DNA of 64,000 nt from an uncultured cyanobacterium (GCA_963740315.1 CAVUDP010000003.1:192001-256000); one strand, 5' to 3'; counted from the stretch's first letter, positions 18,595 to 29,498 are shown. Translations and numbers: made by a program. Notes: generated by a model from the letters alone, not told the origin.

Positions 18595-19194
18595 TTATTT
18601 CATCTTTTGTTTAATAAAAGCAATAACTTGATTTAACTGTTTTTTCAAGCCATCAATTTCTGACTGCATTTTCGCCATTTTTTGATTAAGCGCCTGCACT
18701 TCTGCATCGGAATTGGAATATCCGGCAGTTACTGCTCCATTAGTGCCGTTAGTTCCATTTGTTCCATTAGCTCCATTTTGACTAGCAGCTGCTACCCCAA
18801 CAGGTTGGGCTTTGGGTTGTTTAGCTTTTGCCATTGCTGCTTTAATCGAGCTAATTAGCTGTTTTTGGTCAAAAGGCTTGTTCAGAAATTCAAAATGTTC
18901 AAACGGCTCGGAGATTTTTTCGGTAACTTCCTCTTTACGTCCAGACATTAGCACCAAAGGAGTTTTTCTTAATTCAGGCACTGCCTGAATTTCTTGGTAA
19001 ACTTCCCAGCCACTCATTTTTGGCAACAGGAAATCAAGCATAATCAAACTAAATTTTTCCTGACGGATTAATTTAAGTCCCTCCAAGCCGTCTTTAGCTT
19101 CTAGCACCTGAAAGTTTCCTGGAGGTAACATTTCTCGTACTTTTACCCTAACTACTGTAGTGTCATCAATAACTAAAATTTTATTATTTGCCAT
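18595..19194 (-). CDS. Response regulator (receiver domain plus C-terminal coiled coil)
   Basis: ILVIDD, IMLDFLLPKMSG, FLNKPF. Confidence 0.9.
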   Translation of the reverse strand: MANNKILVIDDTTVVRVKVREMLPPGNFQVLEAKDGLEGLKLIRQEKFSLIMLDFLLPKMSGWEVYQEIQAVPELRKTPLVLMSGRKEEVTEKISEPFEHFEFLNKPFDQKQLISSIKAAMAKAKQPKAQPVGVAAASQNGANGTNGTNGTNGAVTAGYSNSDAEVQALNQKMAKMQSEIDGLKKQLNQVIAFIKQKMK

Positions 19195-19701
19195 TTCGGT
19201 TTCGCTGTAAAAGATAATTTAGGTTTAAATGGCGTTTTCGCCGAGAATGCATACTAGAGTTCTCCCACTATATCCACAATATATATTGATTGGGGGAGAG
19301 TAATTTCCGCGAAAATAGCAATTATATAGGTGTTTTATACAACACGGCAATATGCTTGTTACCTATTTAATCAATGGCTGTCTTTAAAGTCTTTTTTTCA
19401 TAAATCATCGAGGTTTGAGATTAGTTAACGATATTAACTGAAATGAGCAAGCAGAACCATCGATCGCTAATTTCAATTGATTTTCACTTACACCACTTAC
19501 GTTTGAACGATAAATAAACGATAAATATAGGTATTAGGACTTACGCACGCAAAACTTAGTATTTTTCCTCTATATTCATGTTGGAATATTAAGCCGTGCA
19601 TCTTTGAGCATTTCTTTCTACTTTGAATTACGGTAAAAACAGCAGTCTGTTGTAAGTTGAACTTAACTTACTCAATCTGTATTACTTCACATCAACACCG
19701 G

Positions 19702-20580
19702 ATGTCTATGACTTCCTCAAAAGATTCTATAAAATCGGAAATTAAGGCAATGCCAGCGTGGTTACGTCGCCCCATTGGTAAAGCCAGCGAACTCTCCACG
19801 GTTCAACGGATTATTAAAGGGCAGCAAATTCATACTATTTGTGAAGAAGGGCGCTGTCCTAATCGTGGAGAGTGCTATTCACAAAAAACTGCCAGCTTCT
19901 TGTTAATGGGACCAACTTGCACTAGGTCATGTGCCTTTTGTCAAGTAGATAAAGGTCATGCACCAATGCCTTTAGATGCACAAGAACCAGAAAAAGTAGC
20001 ACGGGCAGTACAGCTTTTAGGATTGCAATACGTGGTGTTAACTTCCGTGGCTCGCGATGATTTATCAGACGGTGGTGCAAGTTGGTTTGTAAAGACAATG
20101 GAAAGTATCCGTCAACTAACAGAAACTCAAATCGAAGTACTTACACCAGATTTTTACGGACAAAGGCAACCGATAAAAATAATTACTTTAGCAAAACCAG
20201 CTTGTTACAACCACAATATTGAAACAGTACGACGCTTACAAGGTCCCGTGCGCCGAGGAGCAAAGTACAATCGTTCCCTGCAAGTACTGCAATTAGTCAA
20301 AGAAATCGACTCTACCATTCCCACCAAATCCGGTTTAATGTTGGGACACGGTGAAACAGTCGAAGAACTGATCGAGACGATGAAAGATTTACGCAGCATC
20401 GAGTGCGATCGCCTCACAATTGGACAGTATATGCGACCATCTTTGGAACATTTACCCGTACAAAAATATTGGACACCAGAAGAGTTTGAGGAATTGGGCA
20501 CGATAGCACGTAATTTGGGATTCTCTCACGTTCGTTCGGGTCCTTTAGTTCGCAGTTCTTATCATGCTGCTGTAGAGTAG
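19702..20580 (+). CDS. lipA: Lipoyl synthase
   Basis: [27 protein letters not shown]; start uncertain (19702 or 19708). Confidence 0.96.
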   Translation: MSMTSSKDSIKSEIKAMPAWLRRPIGKASELSTVQRIIKGQQIHTICEEGRCPNRGECYSQKTASFLLMGPTCTRSCAFCQVDKGHAPMPLDAQEPEKVARAVQLLGLQYVVLTSVARDDLSDGGASWFVKTMESIRQLTETQIEVLTPDFYGQRQPIKIITLAKPACYNHNIETVRRLQGPVRRGAKYNRSLQVLQLVKEIDSTIPTKSGLMLGHGETVEELIETMKDLRSIECDRLTIGQYMRPSLEHLPVQKYWTPEEFEELGTIARNLGFSHVRSGPLVRSSYHAAVE

Positions 20581-20725
20581 TCAACTATCTACAGAAGTCA
20601 TATTGAGAAGTAAATTCAATAATTTAGGACTTTTGGGCATTTATGAAAATCTTTCTAACAAATTTCGCGAAAAACGACACCTTTTTGGTATTTGTTAAGA
20701 AGTCCTTAAATTAGGAGAAACGATT

Positions 20726-20860
20726 ATGGCTAAAGTTGGTGTAGATGTTCCTCAGACAGATGCGAAAGCACCTTTCCCTTACCGCACTATAATCAGCGTT
20801 ATTCTGCTGGCTGGTAATATTTTGGTGGCAGCAATTTACTTCCACGTTATTAATCCTTAA
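20726..20860 (+). CDS. psaX: Photosystem I subunit PsaX (missed by the ORF track)
   Basis: MAKVGVDVPQTDAKAPFPYRTIISVILLAGNILVAAIYFHVINP*; AGGAG RBS; PF-P-YRT...N-LVAA-YFH-I signature. Confidence 0.9.
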   Translation: MAKVGVDVPQTDAKAPFPYRTIISVILLAGNILVAAIYFHVINP

Positions 20861-20954
20861 ATTGCGGTTCGGGTATCGCTAGGATGCAAAGCAAAGTTTC
20901 CCATCTAAAAGAAGCTATGCAAACAAATAATCTCTCGCGGAATACCAATCGACC

Positions 20955-21048
20955 GATTTTGGATTTTAGTTTGACGATTTTAGATTTGCCATTTAGTTAA
21001 AACTAGAGGCTTGAAACCGTTGATAATCTAATCCAAAATCTAAAATTT
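20955..21048. repeat. Inverted heptamer-arm element (GATTTTG/A ... C/TAAAATC)
   Basis: GATTTTGGATTTTAG...GATTTTAGATTT on the left and AATCCAAAATCTAAAAT on the right. Confidence 0.6.
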
Positions 21049-21065
21049 TCTTGGTCGCTCCGATA

Positions 21066-21165
21066 CCTACATTTATTTAAAAATGTAGGAAATGTGACTT
21101 TAGTAAAGAGTATAGAGGTTGTTTATGGTGGTAAATTATCATACCTAGCTTCTTTACTCTTTGCT
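21066..21165 (+). ncRNA. Candidate structured RNA (two hairpins)
   Basis: Perfect 9-bp stem at 21066-21089 and a 64-nt stem-loop at 21102-21165 with seven G-U pairs on the + strand. Confidence 0.4.
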
Positions 21166-21771
21166 TTTAATCTAAACTTTTTTACAAAATTACTTTGGTA
21201 GTTATACGGAAAATGATTAATAACTATCTAAATCGGCAGAATTTAAAAAGACTATGTAACAAAATGTAAAATGCCATTAAACCCTTACTCTTAAAGCAAA
21301 GCTGGTTTTTCATAATTACAAGTTTCAACGTCAATCTACTTATAAAAGTTAAAGTATAGGTTAGTATATATGAATACAACCTTGTAAAATTAGAGCATTA
21401 AGTTATTTGTGGGAAATTTCTAGATAAGTTTTTTAGGAAGTTTTAAAAAACTGATTGAAGCTTAATATAAAATATACGCTTTGTGGAAACTGCATACTGT
21501 AACAGTTAATCTACTTAGATTTGGTTTATGCTTACTTTTATATGGTGCTAATTTTGACTAGTTTTAGTTCCTTAGACTCTAGCGAGCAGCATATAAAAGC
21601 TATTAGAAAAATCTGTATGATATTTTGATACAACGAGTTGTATTTTCACGTGACATTTGACACTACAAGTTTTAGTTTATATATATAGAATAAATTGTGC
21701 GCTAATATACTCAGGTTTATTAACGGCATTTTAAACGAAGCTATTAAAATTATTCAGCGGTCGAGTTGACC

Positions 21772-23601
21772 ATGCAACAGTATTCAAGCTTACCGGGACA
21801 GAACTCACAACTAAATGCTAATTCATCGACAGTTTTGACAACAATCGAGCAACTTCGAGCCGAGTTGTGGCTGGAACGCAGTTTGAATCAACTGCAAAGT
21901 CGCTTTAACGATTGTCTAACTTTGGCTTTGTCCGACGAAGCACAGGTACCGCGAACGACTAATGGTAAACAAGCAAGTGAAAATCAAGCAGTAATTTTTC
22001 AAACAGTAGTAAACGAACTCAATGCTGCGATTAATTCCAATATGGTGGCGATCGCAATTGTTGTGCCCCAACAACCTGTTTGCAAGATTTGCTATATTCC
22101 TTCAACAACTCATTCTCAAGCATTACCGCTAGATGTGATGGTAAGCAGTAAAGTGCTGCGGTTGAGATTGAATTCGGAGATACACTCTCAAGATTTACAG
22201 CAACTGGAAAATCAACAGCCACAAACCGCTTGGCGTTTGGTTGACGATTCTCTTAGGATTGTTGGTTGGTTAATTACTTCTGTGGTGGCTTCAACAAATT
22301 CTTCTAATAGTGTCTGTGTAATTGAACAAATACCGCAATTAATGGCAAAGGCTGCTGTAATGTGTACCGTAGCTTTAACCCAACTTAAGCAAATCGAATC
22401 GTTACAACAACAAGCGCTTCAGCTAAATTATCTTAACGATCGCAATCAGGAACTACAGCGTACCAATCTGTTAAAAAACCAATTCTTGGCAAATACCAGT
22501 CATGAAATTCGCACGCCTTTGAGTTCAATTATTGGTTTTACTCATTTGCTCTTGGCTCAGGGTTACGATCCCAGTAAGCAGCGTCATCATGAATATTTAA
22601 ACATTATTCAGTCTAGTGGTAAACATCTACTGGCTTTGATTAACGACATTCTTGATTTGTCTAAAATTGAAGCGAACCAATTAGAAGTTAATTGGGAAAC
22701 ATTTGATGTACCTCAATTGTGTCGTAACGTATTAGCACTGGTAAAAGAAAAAGCTGCGAACAAAGGCTTACAAATGCGCCTTGATATAGATCCCAATGTT
22801 AAAAACATGGTAGCTGACCCATTGCGACTCAAGCAAATACTTTTAAATTTACTTTTTAACGCGGTAAAGTTCACTAAAACCGGAACAGTGGGTTTGGATG
22901 TTAAACCTGAAGATGATTTTATGCGTTTTATGGTTTGGGATACCGGAATCGGTATTTCCCAAGAAAATCAGAGCGAACTTTTTCAACCATATTTCCAAAT
23001 ATTTAACCCCGATCCAAATGGTGAAGAAGGTACGGGTTTGGGGTTAACAGTGACTCGTAAACTTGTTAAAATCCACGGTGGTTGGGTGGAAGTAGAATCT
23101 GAAATAGATAAAGGTTCTCGTTTTAGTATTGTTCTTCCCTTGCAGCAAGAAGAAGCGCCAAAAACCGATATGGTAAAAGAATTTGAACTGCAAATAAATA
23201 ATTACAACGTATCTAATTCAGAAGAAAATAATTCCTCCCTTATCTTGCTTGTTGAAGATGACATACCTAATGCTGAGTTAATCAAAACTTATTTAGAAAG
23301 ATTGGGATATCAAGTAACCTGGGTAACAAGCGCAAACCAAATGTGGAATGCTTTAAACCAGCACCATTACCCCGTCATCTTAATAGATGTTATTTTACCT
23401 GATGCCAATGGGCTGACATTAGTAAAGCAGTTGCGAGAAAATCCGCAATATCGTAATACTTGCATAATTGCTCAAACTGCAATGGCAATGAAAGGCGATC
23501 GCGATGCTTGTTTTGCAGCAGGAGTCAACGATTATATCTGTAAACCAATTGATTTACCGCTTTTGAGAACAATAATATCTCAATACATTACAGCTTCTTG
23601 A
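21772..23601 (+). CDS. hrmK: Hybrid histidine kinase/response regulator, HrmK-like (hormogonium development)
   Basis: FLANTSHEIRTPL, NLLFNAVKFT, DTGIGI, GTGLGL and a C-terminal receiver; N-terminus MQQYSSLP...LWLERSLNQLQSR recalled as HrmK-type. Confidence 0.8.
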   Translation: MQQYSSLPGQNSQLNANSSTVLTTIEQLRAELWLERSLNQLQSRFNDCLTLALSDEAQVPRTTNGKQASENQAVIFQTVVNELNAAINSNMVAIAIVVPQQPVCKICYIPSTTHSQALPLDVMVSSKVLRLRLNSEIHSQDLQQLENQQPQTAWRLVDDSLRIVGWLITSVVASTNSSNSVCVIEQIPQLMAKAAVMCTVALTQLKQIESLQQQALQLNYLNDRNQELQRTNLLKNQFLANTSHEIRTPLSSIIGFTHLLLAQGYDPSKQRHHEYLNIIQSSGKHLLALINDILDLSKIEANQLEVNWETFDVPQLCRNVLALVKEKAANKGLQMRLDIDPNVKNMVADPLRLKQILLNLLFNAVKFTKTGTVGLDVKPEDDFMRFMVWDTGIGISQENQSELFQPYFQIFNPDPNGEEGTGLGLTVTRKLVKIHGGWVEVESEIDKGSRFSIVLPLQQEEAPKTDMVKEFELQINNYNVSNSEENNSSLILLVEDDIPNAELIKTYLERLGYQVTWVTSANQMWNALNQHHYPVILIDVILPDANGLTLVKQLRENPQYRNTCIIAQTAMAMKGDRDACFAAGVNDYICKPIDLPLLRTIISQYITAS

Positions 23602-23688
23602 TTGGTTGACTCTTTGTCGCGCTACTTCATCTCCATCTTAAAATGGAATAAGTCAGGTGATATACTTTTATGTCTGGATTGGGAAATA

Positions 23689-24519
23689 ATGTATTTAGAA
23701 AAATTAGAGCAATTAAAAGCTTTATTTAAAGAGATGGAACAGGCAATAATCGCTTATTCCGGTGGAGTTGATAGTACTTTGGTTGCGAAAATTGCTTATG
23801 ATGTCTTGGGTGATAAGGCTTTGGCAGTAACGGCTATGTCGCCAAGTTTGTTAATAGAAGAGTTGGAAGATGCTAAAATCCAAGCCGCAACAATTGGGAT
23901 TCGCCATCAAGTTGTCGAAACCCATGAGATGGAAAATCCTAATTACACTTCTAACCCCGTCAATCGCTGCTATTTTTGCAAAAGCGAATTACACGATACG
24001 CTAAAACCCTTGGCAAAAAAATTGGGTTATCCTTACGTCATAGATGGGGTAAACGCAGACGATTTACACGATTATCGTCCCGGTATTCAAGCTGCAAAAG
24101 AAAGAGGTGCGCGTTCTCCTTTAGCTGAAATTGGTGTAAGTAAAGCAGAAGTCCGCCAAATTTCTCAACATCTAAGTCTATCTTGGTGGGATAAACCAGC
24201 ACAACCTTGTCTTAGTTCCCGCTTTCCCTACGGTGAAGAAATTAGTGTAAATAAATTGCAACGAGTAGGAAGAGCAGAAATCTATTTACGCAAACTGGGA
24301 TGGAATAATTTACGAGTTCGTTCTGAAGGCGATACAGCACGTATAGAATTACCTCCAGAACAAATTCAGAATTTTGTCCTAAATACAGATTTAGGATCGG
24401 TAGTATCTGCTTTCCAGGAATTTGGATTTATTTATGTAACTTTAGATTTAGAAGGTTATCGTAGCGGTAAATTAAACCAGGTTTTAAATAAAAAAGCTCT
24501 GGAAACTGTCAAAAATTAA
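23689..24519 (+). CDS. larE: ATP-dependent sacrificial sulfur transferase LarE
   Basis: AYSGGVDS PP-loop, RCYFCK, DYRPG, PCLSSRFPYG, DLEGYRSG. Confidence 0.93.
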   Translation: MYLEKLEQLKALFKEMEQAIIAYSGGVDSTLVAKIAYDVLGDKALAVTAMSPSLLIEELEDAKIQAATIGIRHQVVETHEMENPNYTSNPVNRCYFCKSELHDTLKPLAKKLGYPYVIDGVNADDLHDYRPGIQAAKERGARSPLAEIGVSKAEVRQISQHLSLSWWDKPAQPCLSSRFPYGEEISVNKLQRVGRAEIYLRKLGWNNLRVRSEGDTARIELPPEQIQNFVLNTDLGSVVSAFQEFGFIYVTLDLEGYRSGKLNQVLNKKALETVKN

Positions 24520-24689
24520 TCAATCATAATATCACTTATCAAAAGCCCCCCAAATTAGCGGGGGGTTGGGGGGATCTAAATGTCTGGAACACTATATTTT
24601 CTGTTATCGCTGCGTAAGTCCTGAATCAATAATAATATGACTTATCAAAAGCCCCCCTTTTATAAGGGGGGTTGGGGGGATCTAAATGT
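24518..24689. repeat. Two direct copies (24518-24583 and 24624-24689) of a CCCCCC..GGGGGGTTGGGGGGATCT hairpin repeat
   Basis: About 66-bp units at 106-bp spacing; GCGTAAGTCCT at 24612-24622; inverted third copy at 41925-41960. Confidence 0.85.
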
Positions 24690-24755
24690 TAGAAGTTTAG
24701 AAAAATGTTTTTATCTTTGGCATTACTTAAGTTCTATTTTTCTAACTGATAATTG

Positions 24756-25943
24756 TTAATTATCTGTTGATAATTTTTCTGCAAGTACTAATTCTCCTTT
24801 TTGATTAATTTCTACAGGAGAGTTTGGAAAATCAGATTTGTTTAAATAACGTACAAGCTGCACGGTATTAAAATTCTGGTCAATGTAAGGAATTCCTTGC
24901 TTATCCATCCGCACGGGAATAATTTTAGCTTTCTCCAAACTTCCTTGAGGACTCATTTGCACTTCTAGTATCATCGAGTAACCCGCTTGTGCAACAGTTG
25001 ATAAGGTTCGGTATCCTAAAAAGTTTCCTAAAGAGTAAGCAATCAGTTTTCCTTTGTACATCTCCATAGCTCTAGGAACATGAGGTCCATGTCCAAGTAC
25101 TAAATCTGCCCCTTCATCAATCATTGTCCGAGCAAATTTAATCGAATTTCCTCGATTTTCTCCATAGAAATATTCTGTTTTATTTTTGGTATGCAGTGCG
25201 CCAGTTCCTTCCGCACCCACATGCATGGATATAATTACTATATTTGCTTCTTTTCGGGCTTTTCTAACAAGTGCTTTGGCTGCTTCTAAATCGTGGATAG
25301 AATTATAAAATTCATAGGGTGCAAACCCTACCATTGCAATTTTATTATTGTTTTTTTCTAAAAAGAGAATTTGATTTTTATGACCTAATGTTTCGATACC
25401 AACGTTTTTCAGATTCTTCACGGTATCTTTGAAACCTACCATGCCAAAGTCTCTTGCATGATTGTTCGCTATGTTAAATACATCAAATCCAACGTCAGCA
25501 AATAGTTTACTATATTCTGGCGGAGAGCGAAAAGCAAACACCTGTCCTCTACTAATGTCTTTCGCTGAATAACGATAGTTGGTTAAGCTAGTTTCAAAGT
25601 TACCAAATAGAACGTCGGCTCTACTTAAGTAAGCTCTTACCGATTTTGGTATTAGTTGATTGGAATCAGATGGAAGTCTGTAGTTGGGATAATTCGTACC
25701 TGGAATAACATCTCCAACCGCTTGAATCACAATTGATTTAGCAGTATTTTGTTTTTTAGTTATCGGGATTTTGGTAGAATCTGCTAATGGTGCTGTTTTT
25801 ACCAATATTTGATTTCTTGTTGAAGTTTGTGTCTGAAAGCGGGTAAGTAAGCCCATACTAATACCCACAGCAAAACAACAACTGATAAAGCTCACTGAAA
25901 GCGATGCCTTCAGCCTTTGATTTAGCATAATTTGACTCCTCAC
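24756..25943 (-). CDS. CapA family (PGA_cap) metallophosphatase-fold protein
   Basis: AVGDV, GNFET, ANNHARDFG, MHVGAEG, GHGPHV, YSLGNF. Confidence 0.92.
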   Translation of the reverse strand: MRSQIMLNQRLKASLSVSFISCCFAVGISMGLLTRFQTQTSTRNQILVKTAPLADSTKIPITKKQNTAKSIVIQAVGDVIPGTNYPNYRLPSDSNQLIPKSVRAYLSRADVLFGNFETSLTNYRYSAKDISRGQVFAFRSPPEYSKLFADVGFDVFNIANNHARDFGMVGFKDTVKNLKNVGIETLGHKNQILFLEKNNNKIAMVGFAPYEFYNSIHDLEAAKALVRKARKEANIVIISMHVGAEGTGALHTKNKTEYFYGENRGNSIKFARTMIDEGADLVLGHGPHVPRAMEMYKGKLIAYSLGNFLGYRTLSTVAQAGYSMILEVQMSPQGSLEKAKIIPVRMDKQGIPYIDQNFNTVQLVRYLNKSDFPNSPVEINQKGELVLAEKLSTDN

Positions 25944-26416
25944 ACTATGGCTTTAATTTAACTAAATGCTTAGCAGAACAGGTTCAGTACAAACTGCACC
26001 TTTTTATACTAACATTTTAATAGCCTGCGTGTATATATTTAATGTCATAGTTTATCTGATCGAACTGGCTAACAGTCTTTTTACTGCTGTATTAATGCTT
26101 AGGGTAGATGCAATACATATAGATTCACCAATAAGACTGTAAGTATATTTTGTTGCTCCTGATTTCTATACAGATATATAGTAAAGCTATCTTAAAGACT
26201 TAATTAGCTCAAGATACTTGCTTTACCAATGTTTTGTACAATTTAATTAAATACCTATTCCTACTTAAACTAAATCAGTTTTTTAAGAACCTATTACGGA
26301 TAAAACTAAAAATCTTAATCTTTATTAAGACATCCGTTTAACTTATTCGCTGTATGACCAAAATTTTTGCAGAAACGCTTAAGATAGCATCTCCACATTT
26401 TTATAATTTAACTAAA

Positions 26417-26503
26417 CGGAGAAGGGGGGATTCGAACCCCCGATACCTTTGCGGGTATAACGCATTTCGAGTGCGCCGCATTCAACCACTCTGCCACCTC
26501 TCC
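26417..26503 (-). tRNA. tRNA-Ser(CGA)
   Basis: GGAGAGGTGGCAGAGTGGTTGAATGCGGCGCACTCGAAATGCG, long variable arm, GGTTCGAATCC ... CTCCG. Confidence 0.97.
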
Positions 26504-26586
26504 AGAAGGCATATTTTTCCTATCTTAGATAAAGTATCATATATCTATTAAATTTATCAACTAATAAAATCAAGTTACAGCAACTA

Positions 26587-28938
26587 CTATAGCAACGAGG
26601 TAATATTTTCAGTATTTTGAACAAATGACTCAAAACGTCGTTGAGGTGTCCATTGAATCGCGCCATCACGTCCGGTAAAGTATAATTGCGTTTTGGTTTG
26701 ATTGAGTAGCGATACATCTTTAGCTTCAAGGTTAGCATTAGGTGCGATCGCCACTTGTGGTTGTAGGGCAAGAACTAAGTCTTTTAAGGATTTGCTAGGA
26801 CACCAAAGAATTTGCGGACGCGGTAAGCTTTGGGTTTTAATTAGCGATCGGAGTTCATTTTGTTTAACATCTCCTACAAATAACCAAGATTGATTGCCAA
26901 CTTGCATTTGTATTATCGGTAATTGGTTATTGATGAGCCGTAATATCGCCGAACCAGTATTCACAGTTTGACCATTAGACAAAACTTGGTATATCCCTTT
27001 GTCCTGTTGTACTTGTGTTTGAATTGCTTTTTGAGTTAAAGCGTTACTTGGACTGGAAGAATAGTTATAAAAAACTTTTACGGGTAAACGTTGTATGATT
27101 TCTAACCAACCATTGCTACCGTCGTTTTGAAAATCTGCTGCGATCGCTGTAGCAATTATATTTACACCTTGTTGTTGCAGAAACGGTACTATCGTAAAGT
27201 TTGCTATTGCTTCATCTGCGCTATTGATTACCGTTACTTTTCCTTTGTCTTGAATAACTAAAACTGGTTCTCTACCCGCAGCTAATAGGGTGATGCGAAA
27301 TAAACTATTTGCGGAATGCCAAACAGGAATCAATACTAAACCAATAGAAATTATTGCTGCAAGAAACCAGCGTCTTTGCCACCAACGTATCTGCCAAGTC
27401 AAGAAAATTAGTCCGTAAACAATAACTAATTGCCAAATCGATATGCTACCAACTGCAACTGAGTTTCCAGGCAAGTTACTAAAAAATTCTACTATTTTGA
27501 TTAAAAAATCTGTTGGGTAATGCAACAAGCTAGCCAAAACGCTTCCTGAAAAAGGCAAAATTAAAGCCGCAATCCCGCTAATAATTCCACCAATACAAAT
27601 TACAGATATTAAAGGTGTAACGATAATATTTAGTAATATGGAGTAAGGTGGCACTACACTAAATACATAAAGCTGTAAAGGTAAAGTCCAAATAGTAGCG
27701 GATATTGGAACTGCAATTAAAGTTGCAATAGTTGGTGGTAGCCATGCTAAACGTTTTATAATTGCAGGTACCGTAACAATTAAACCCAAAGTTGCTAAAA
27801 AGCTCAGTTGAAAACCTAAATCCCAAATCCAAAGAGGATTAACTAGTAACAGTAGAGTCGCTGCGATCGTCAATGAGCCTAACTGTTTTACCTTTCGTTT
27901 CAACCCGATACCAATTAAAGCTGCAAATCCCATAATTACCGCTCTAAGAACCGAAGGCTGAAAACCAGTTAAGCTCAAGAATACAATTAATGCCAAGCAA
28001 CCGCAAATAAATTGAGTTTTTCTGGTAAAACGTCTTGTTAAACCTAAGACTAAACCTAAAATTAACGAAACGTGAAACCCCGAAGCAGCTATAGAATGAG
28101 CTAGCCCTGCTTTTACAAACAAATCCCTAATATCGTAGGGTAAATCAACCGCTTTGCTTCCTAAAACCATAGCACTTACAAGCGGACCTGCGGGAACACC
28201 CAGCCAACGAACTTGCGACTTAATTATTTTCTGTCGTAACTTCCACAATCCCCATTCATGTTTTTCGTCAAAATCTTTTAATTGTCTTCCACTTAAACCA
28301 GCAAAAGCACCTTGTTTTTGCAAATATTCTTGAAAGTCAAAACCACCAGGATTGAATGCTGATTTCGGTTTATATAAAACTCCGGTAACTTCAACTTGTT
28401 GATTCGGATATAAACCAGTGGATTTGAGTATAGGCACTGTCACATATACCTTTCCAGTAACTCCTCTAGTAACTTCGTCTTCATTTTTTTTACTTGTAAC
28501 TTCGGAAAGTTGAGTCGCTTGCAACCAAAATTGTCCGCGTCCAGAACGAGTTAAACGGGGTATACTCGCTACATTACCTCGAACAATTACTAGTTGTTCT
28601 TGATTTCTACTGTTTCCAACAGGAACCAATTTACTAATATCTTTAGCTCCTGGTTGTGGAAGACGCACCTGAAAATATATCGTTGCCAATAATCCTACTA
28701 AGCCAGCAATTAGCAATATCCGAGGATGGGGAATAGTTTTTAGAGTGTGTGCTGCTTTTTTGGCTTGAATTTTTGTTTTTTGTAAAGCCAACTTTTTGCA
28801 AACAACACGCCGTCTTTGAAAAATAATCGCCGCTACTATACTTGTAAGTAGTATTAATACCCCACCCCAAGGAGTTGCACTACATAGCAACCCTAAAATA
28901 TAGCCAAGACAGATAATTAAACCAGGAGCTTGAATCAT
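26587..28938 (-). CDS. comEC: ComEC/Rec2 competence channel
   Basis: FNPGGFDF, GLAHSIAASGFHV, PSVLRA, DLGFQLSFLAT, TGRDGAIQW. Confidence 0.95.
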   Translation of the reverse strand: MIQAPGLIICLGYILGLLCSATPWGGVLILLTSIVAAIIFQRRRVVCKKLALQKTKIQAKKAAHTLKTIPHPRILLIAGLVGLLATIYFQVRLPQPGAKDISKLVPVGNSRNQEQLVIVRGNVASIPRLTRSGRGQFWLQATQLSEVTSKKNEDEVTRGVTGKVYVTVPILKSTGLYPNQQVEVTGVLYKPKSAFNPGGFDFQEYLQKQGAFAGLSGRQLKDFDEKHEWGLWKLRQKIIKSQVRWLGVPAGPLVSAMVLGSKAVDLPYDIRDLFVKAGLAHSIAASGFHVSLILGLVLGLTRRFTRKTQFICGCLALIVFLSLTGFQPSVLRAVIMGFAALIGIGLKRKVKQLGSLTIAATLLLLVNPLWIWDLGFQLSFLATLGLIVTVPAIIKRLAWLPPTIATLIAVPISATIWTLPLQLYVFSVVPPYSILLNIIVTPLISVICIGGIISGIAALILPFSGSVLASLLHYPTDFLIKIVEFFSNLPGNSVAVGSISIWQLVIVYGLIFLTWQIRWWQRRWFLAAIISIGLVLIPVWHSANSLFRITLLAAGREPVLVIQDKGKVTVINSADEAIANFTIVPFLQQQGVNIIATAIAADFQNDGSNGWLEIIQRLPVKVFYNYSSSPSNALTQKAIQTQVQQDKGIYQVLSNGQTVNTGSAILRLINNQLPIIQMQVGNQSWLFVGDVKQNELRSLIKTQSLPRPQILWCPSKSLKDLVLALQPQVAIAPNANLEAKDVSLLNQTKTQLYFTGRDGAIQWTPQRRFESFVQNTENITSLL

Positions 28939-29018
28939 TAAGCTTTAAAAAATAATTGAGAAGAAAACTTCCTTTATATAAGCAAGGATATAAAGTGACA
29001 AAAATTATAGTTAACCAA

Positions 29019-29498
29019 TTAGATTGATATACCCAATCGGAAACCAAGCACCGCGTGCAGAATCATTACACAGAGTGCAGTACTACCCAAATAAGCATGA
29101 AGCGCTCGCAAACCTGGTTTATTACCTCCAAATTTTGTTAAGGAAATCGTGGCATTAATCGCCAGTAGCATCAATACAATAGAGCCAGTCCAAAAATGAG
29201 AGCTTTGTAAAATTAGTTTATCTTGCATCACCAAAGATAAAATTCCACCAATAGAACCCAGCATCATAAATAAAAACATCCACGGTGCCAGTTTACGATG
29301 ACCGCTACGACTTTCAATGGCAACTTCTTTGTCTTCGGTAAGTCGCGATCGCCAACCCGTGACTCCCACGAAGGTACCCATTACAAAGATTACAACTGCC
29401 ATCATGGCTGGATGCCCCCAATGTACTATTGGTTCGGGAACACCTAAAGAACTAAACCAAGCAGCAATAGGTTTTAGAATTTCAGTCAGATTAGCCAT
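29019..29498 (-). CDS. DUF4079 membrane protein (cytochrome b561-like)
   Basis: VHWGHP, HRKLAP, SSHFWTG, LHAYLG, LHAVLG. Confidence 0.85.
   Translation of the reverse strand: MANLTEILKPIAAWFSSLGVPEPIVHWGHPAMMAVVIFVMGTFVGVTGWRSRLTEDKEVAIESRSGHRKLAPWMFLFMMLGSIGGILSLVMQDKLILQSSHFWTGSIVLMLLAINATISLTKFGGNKPGLRALHAYLGSTALCVMILHAVLGFRLGISI

Noticed and set aside
18730..18780. NGT tripeptide repeats in the response regulator (and KSKTST repeats in TopA)
   Set aside because: Ordinary low-complexity linker or tail
24518..24689. Possible CRISPR array
   Set aside because: Only two long units, no cas genes, and the unit matches a dispersed repeat found inverted at 41925
25944..26503. Genomic island integrated at tRNA-Ser
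   Set aside because: No integrase and no duplicated tRNA 3' end seen
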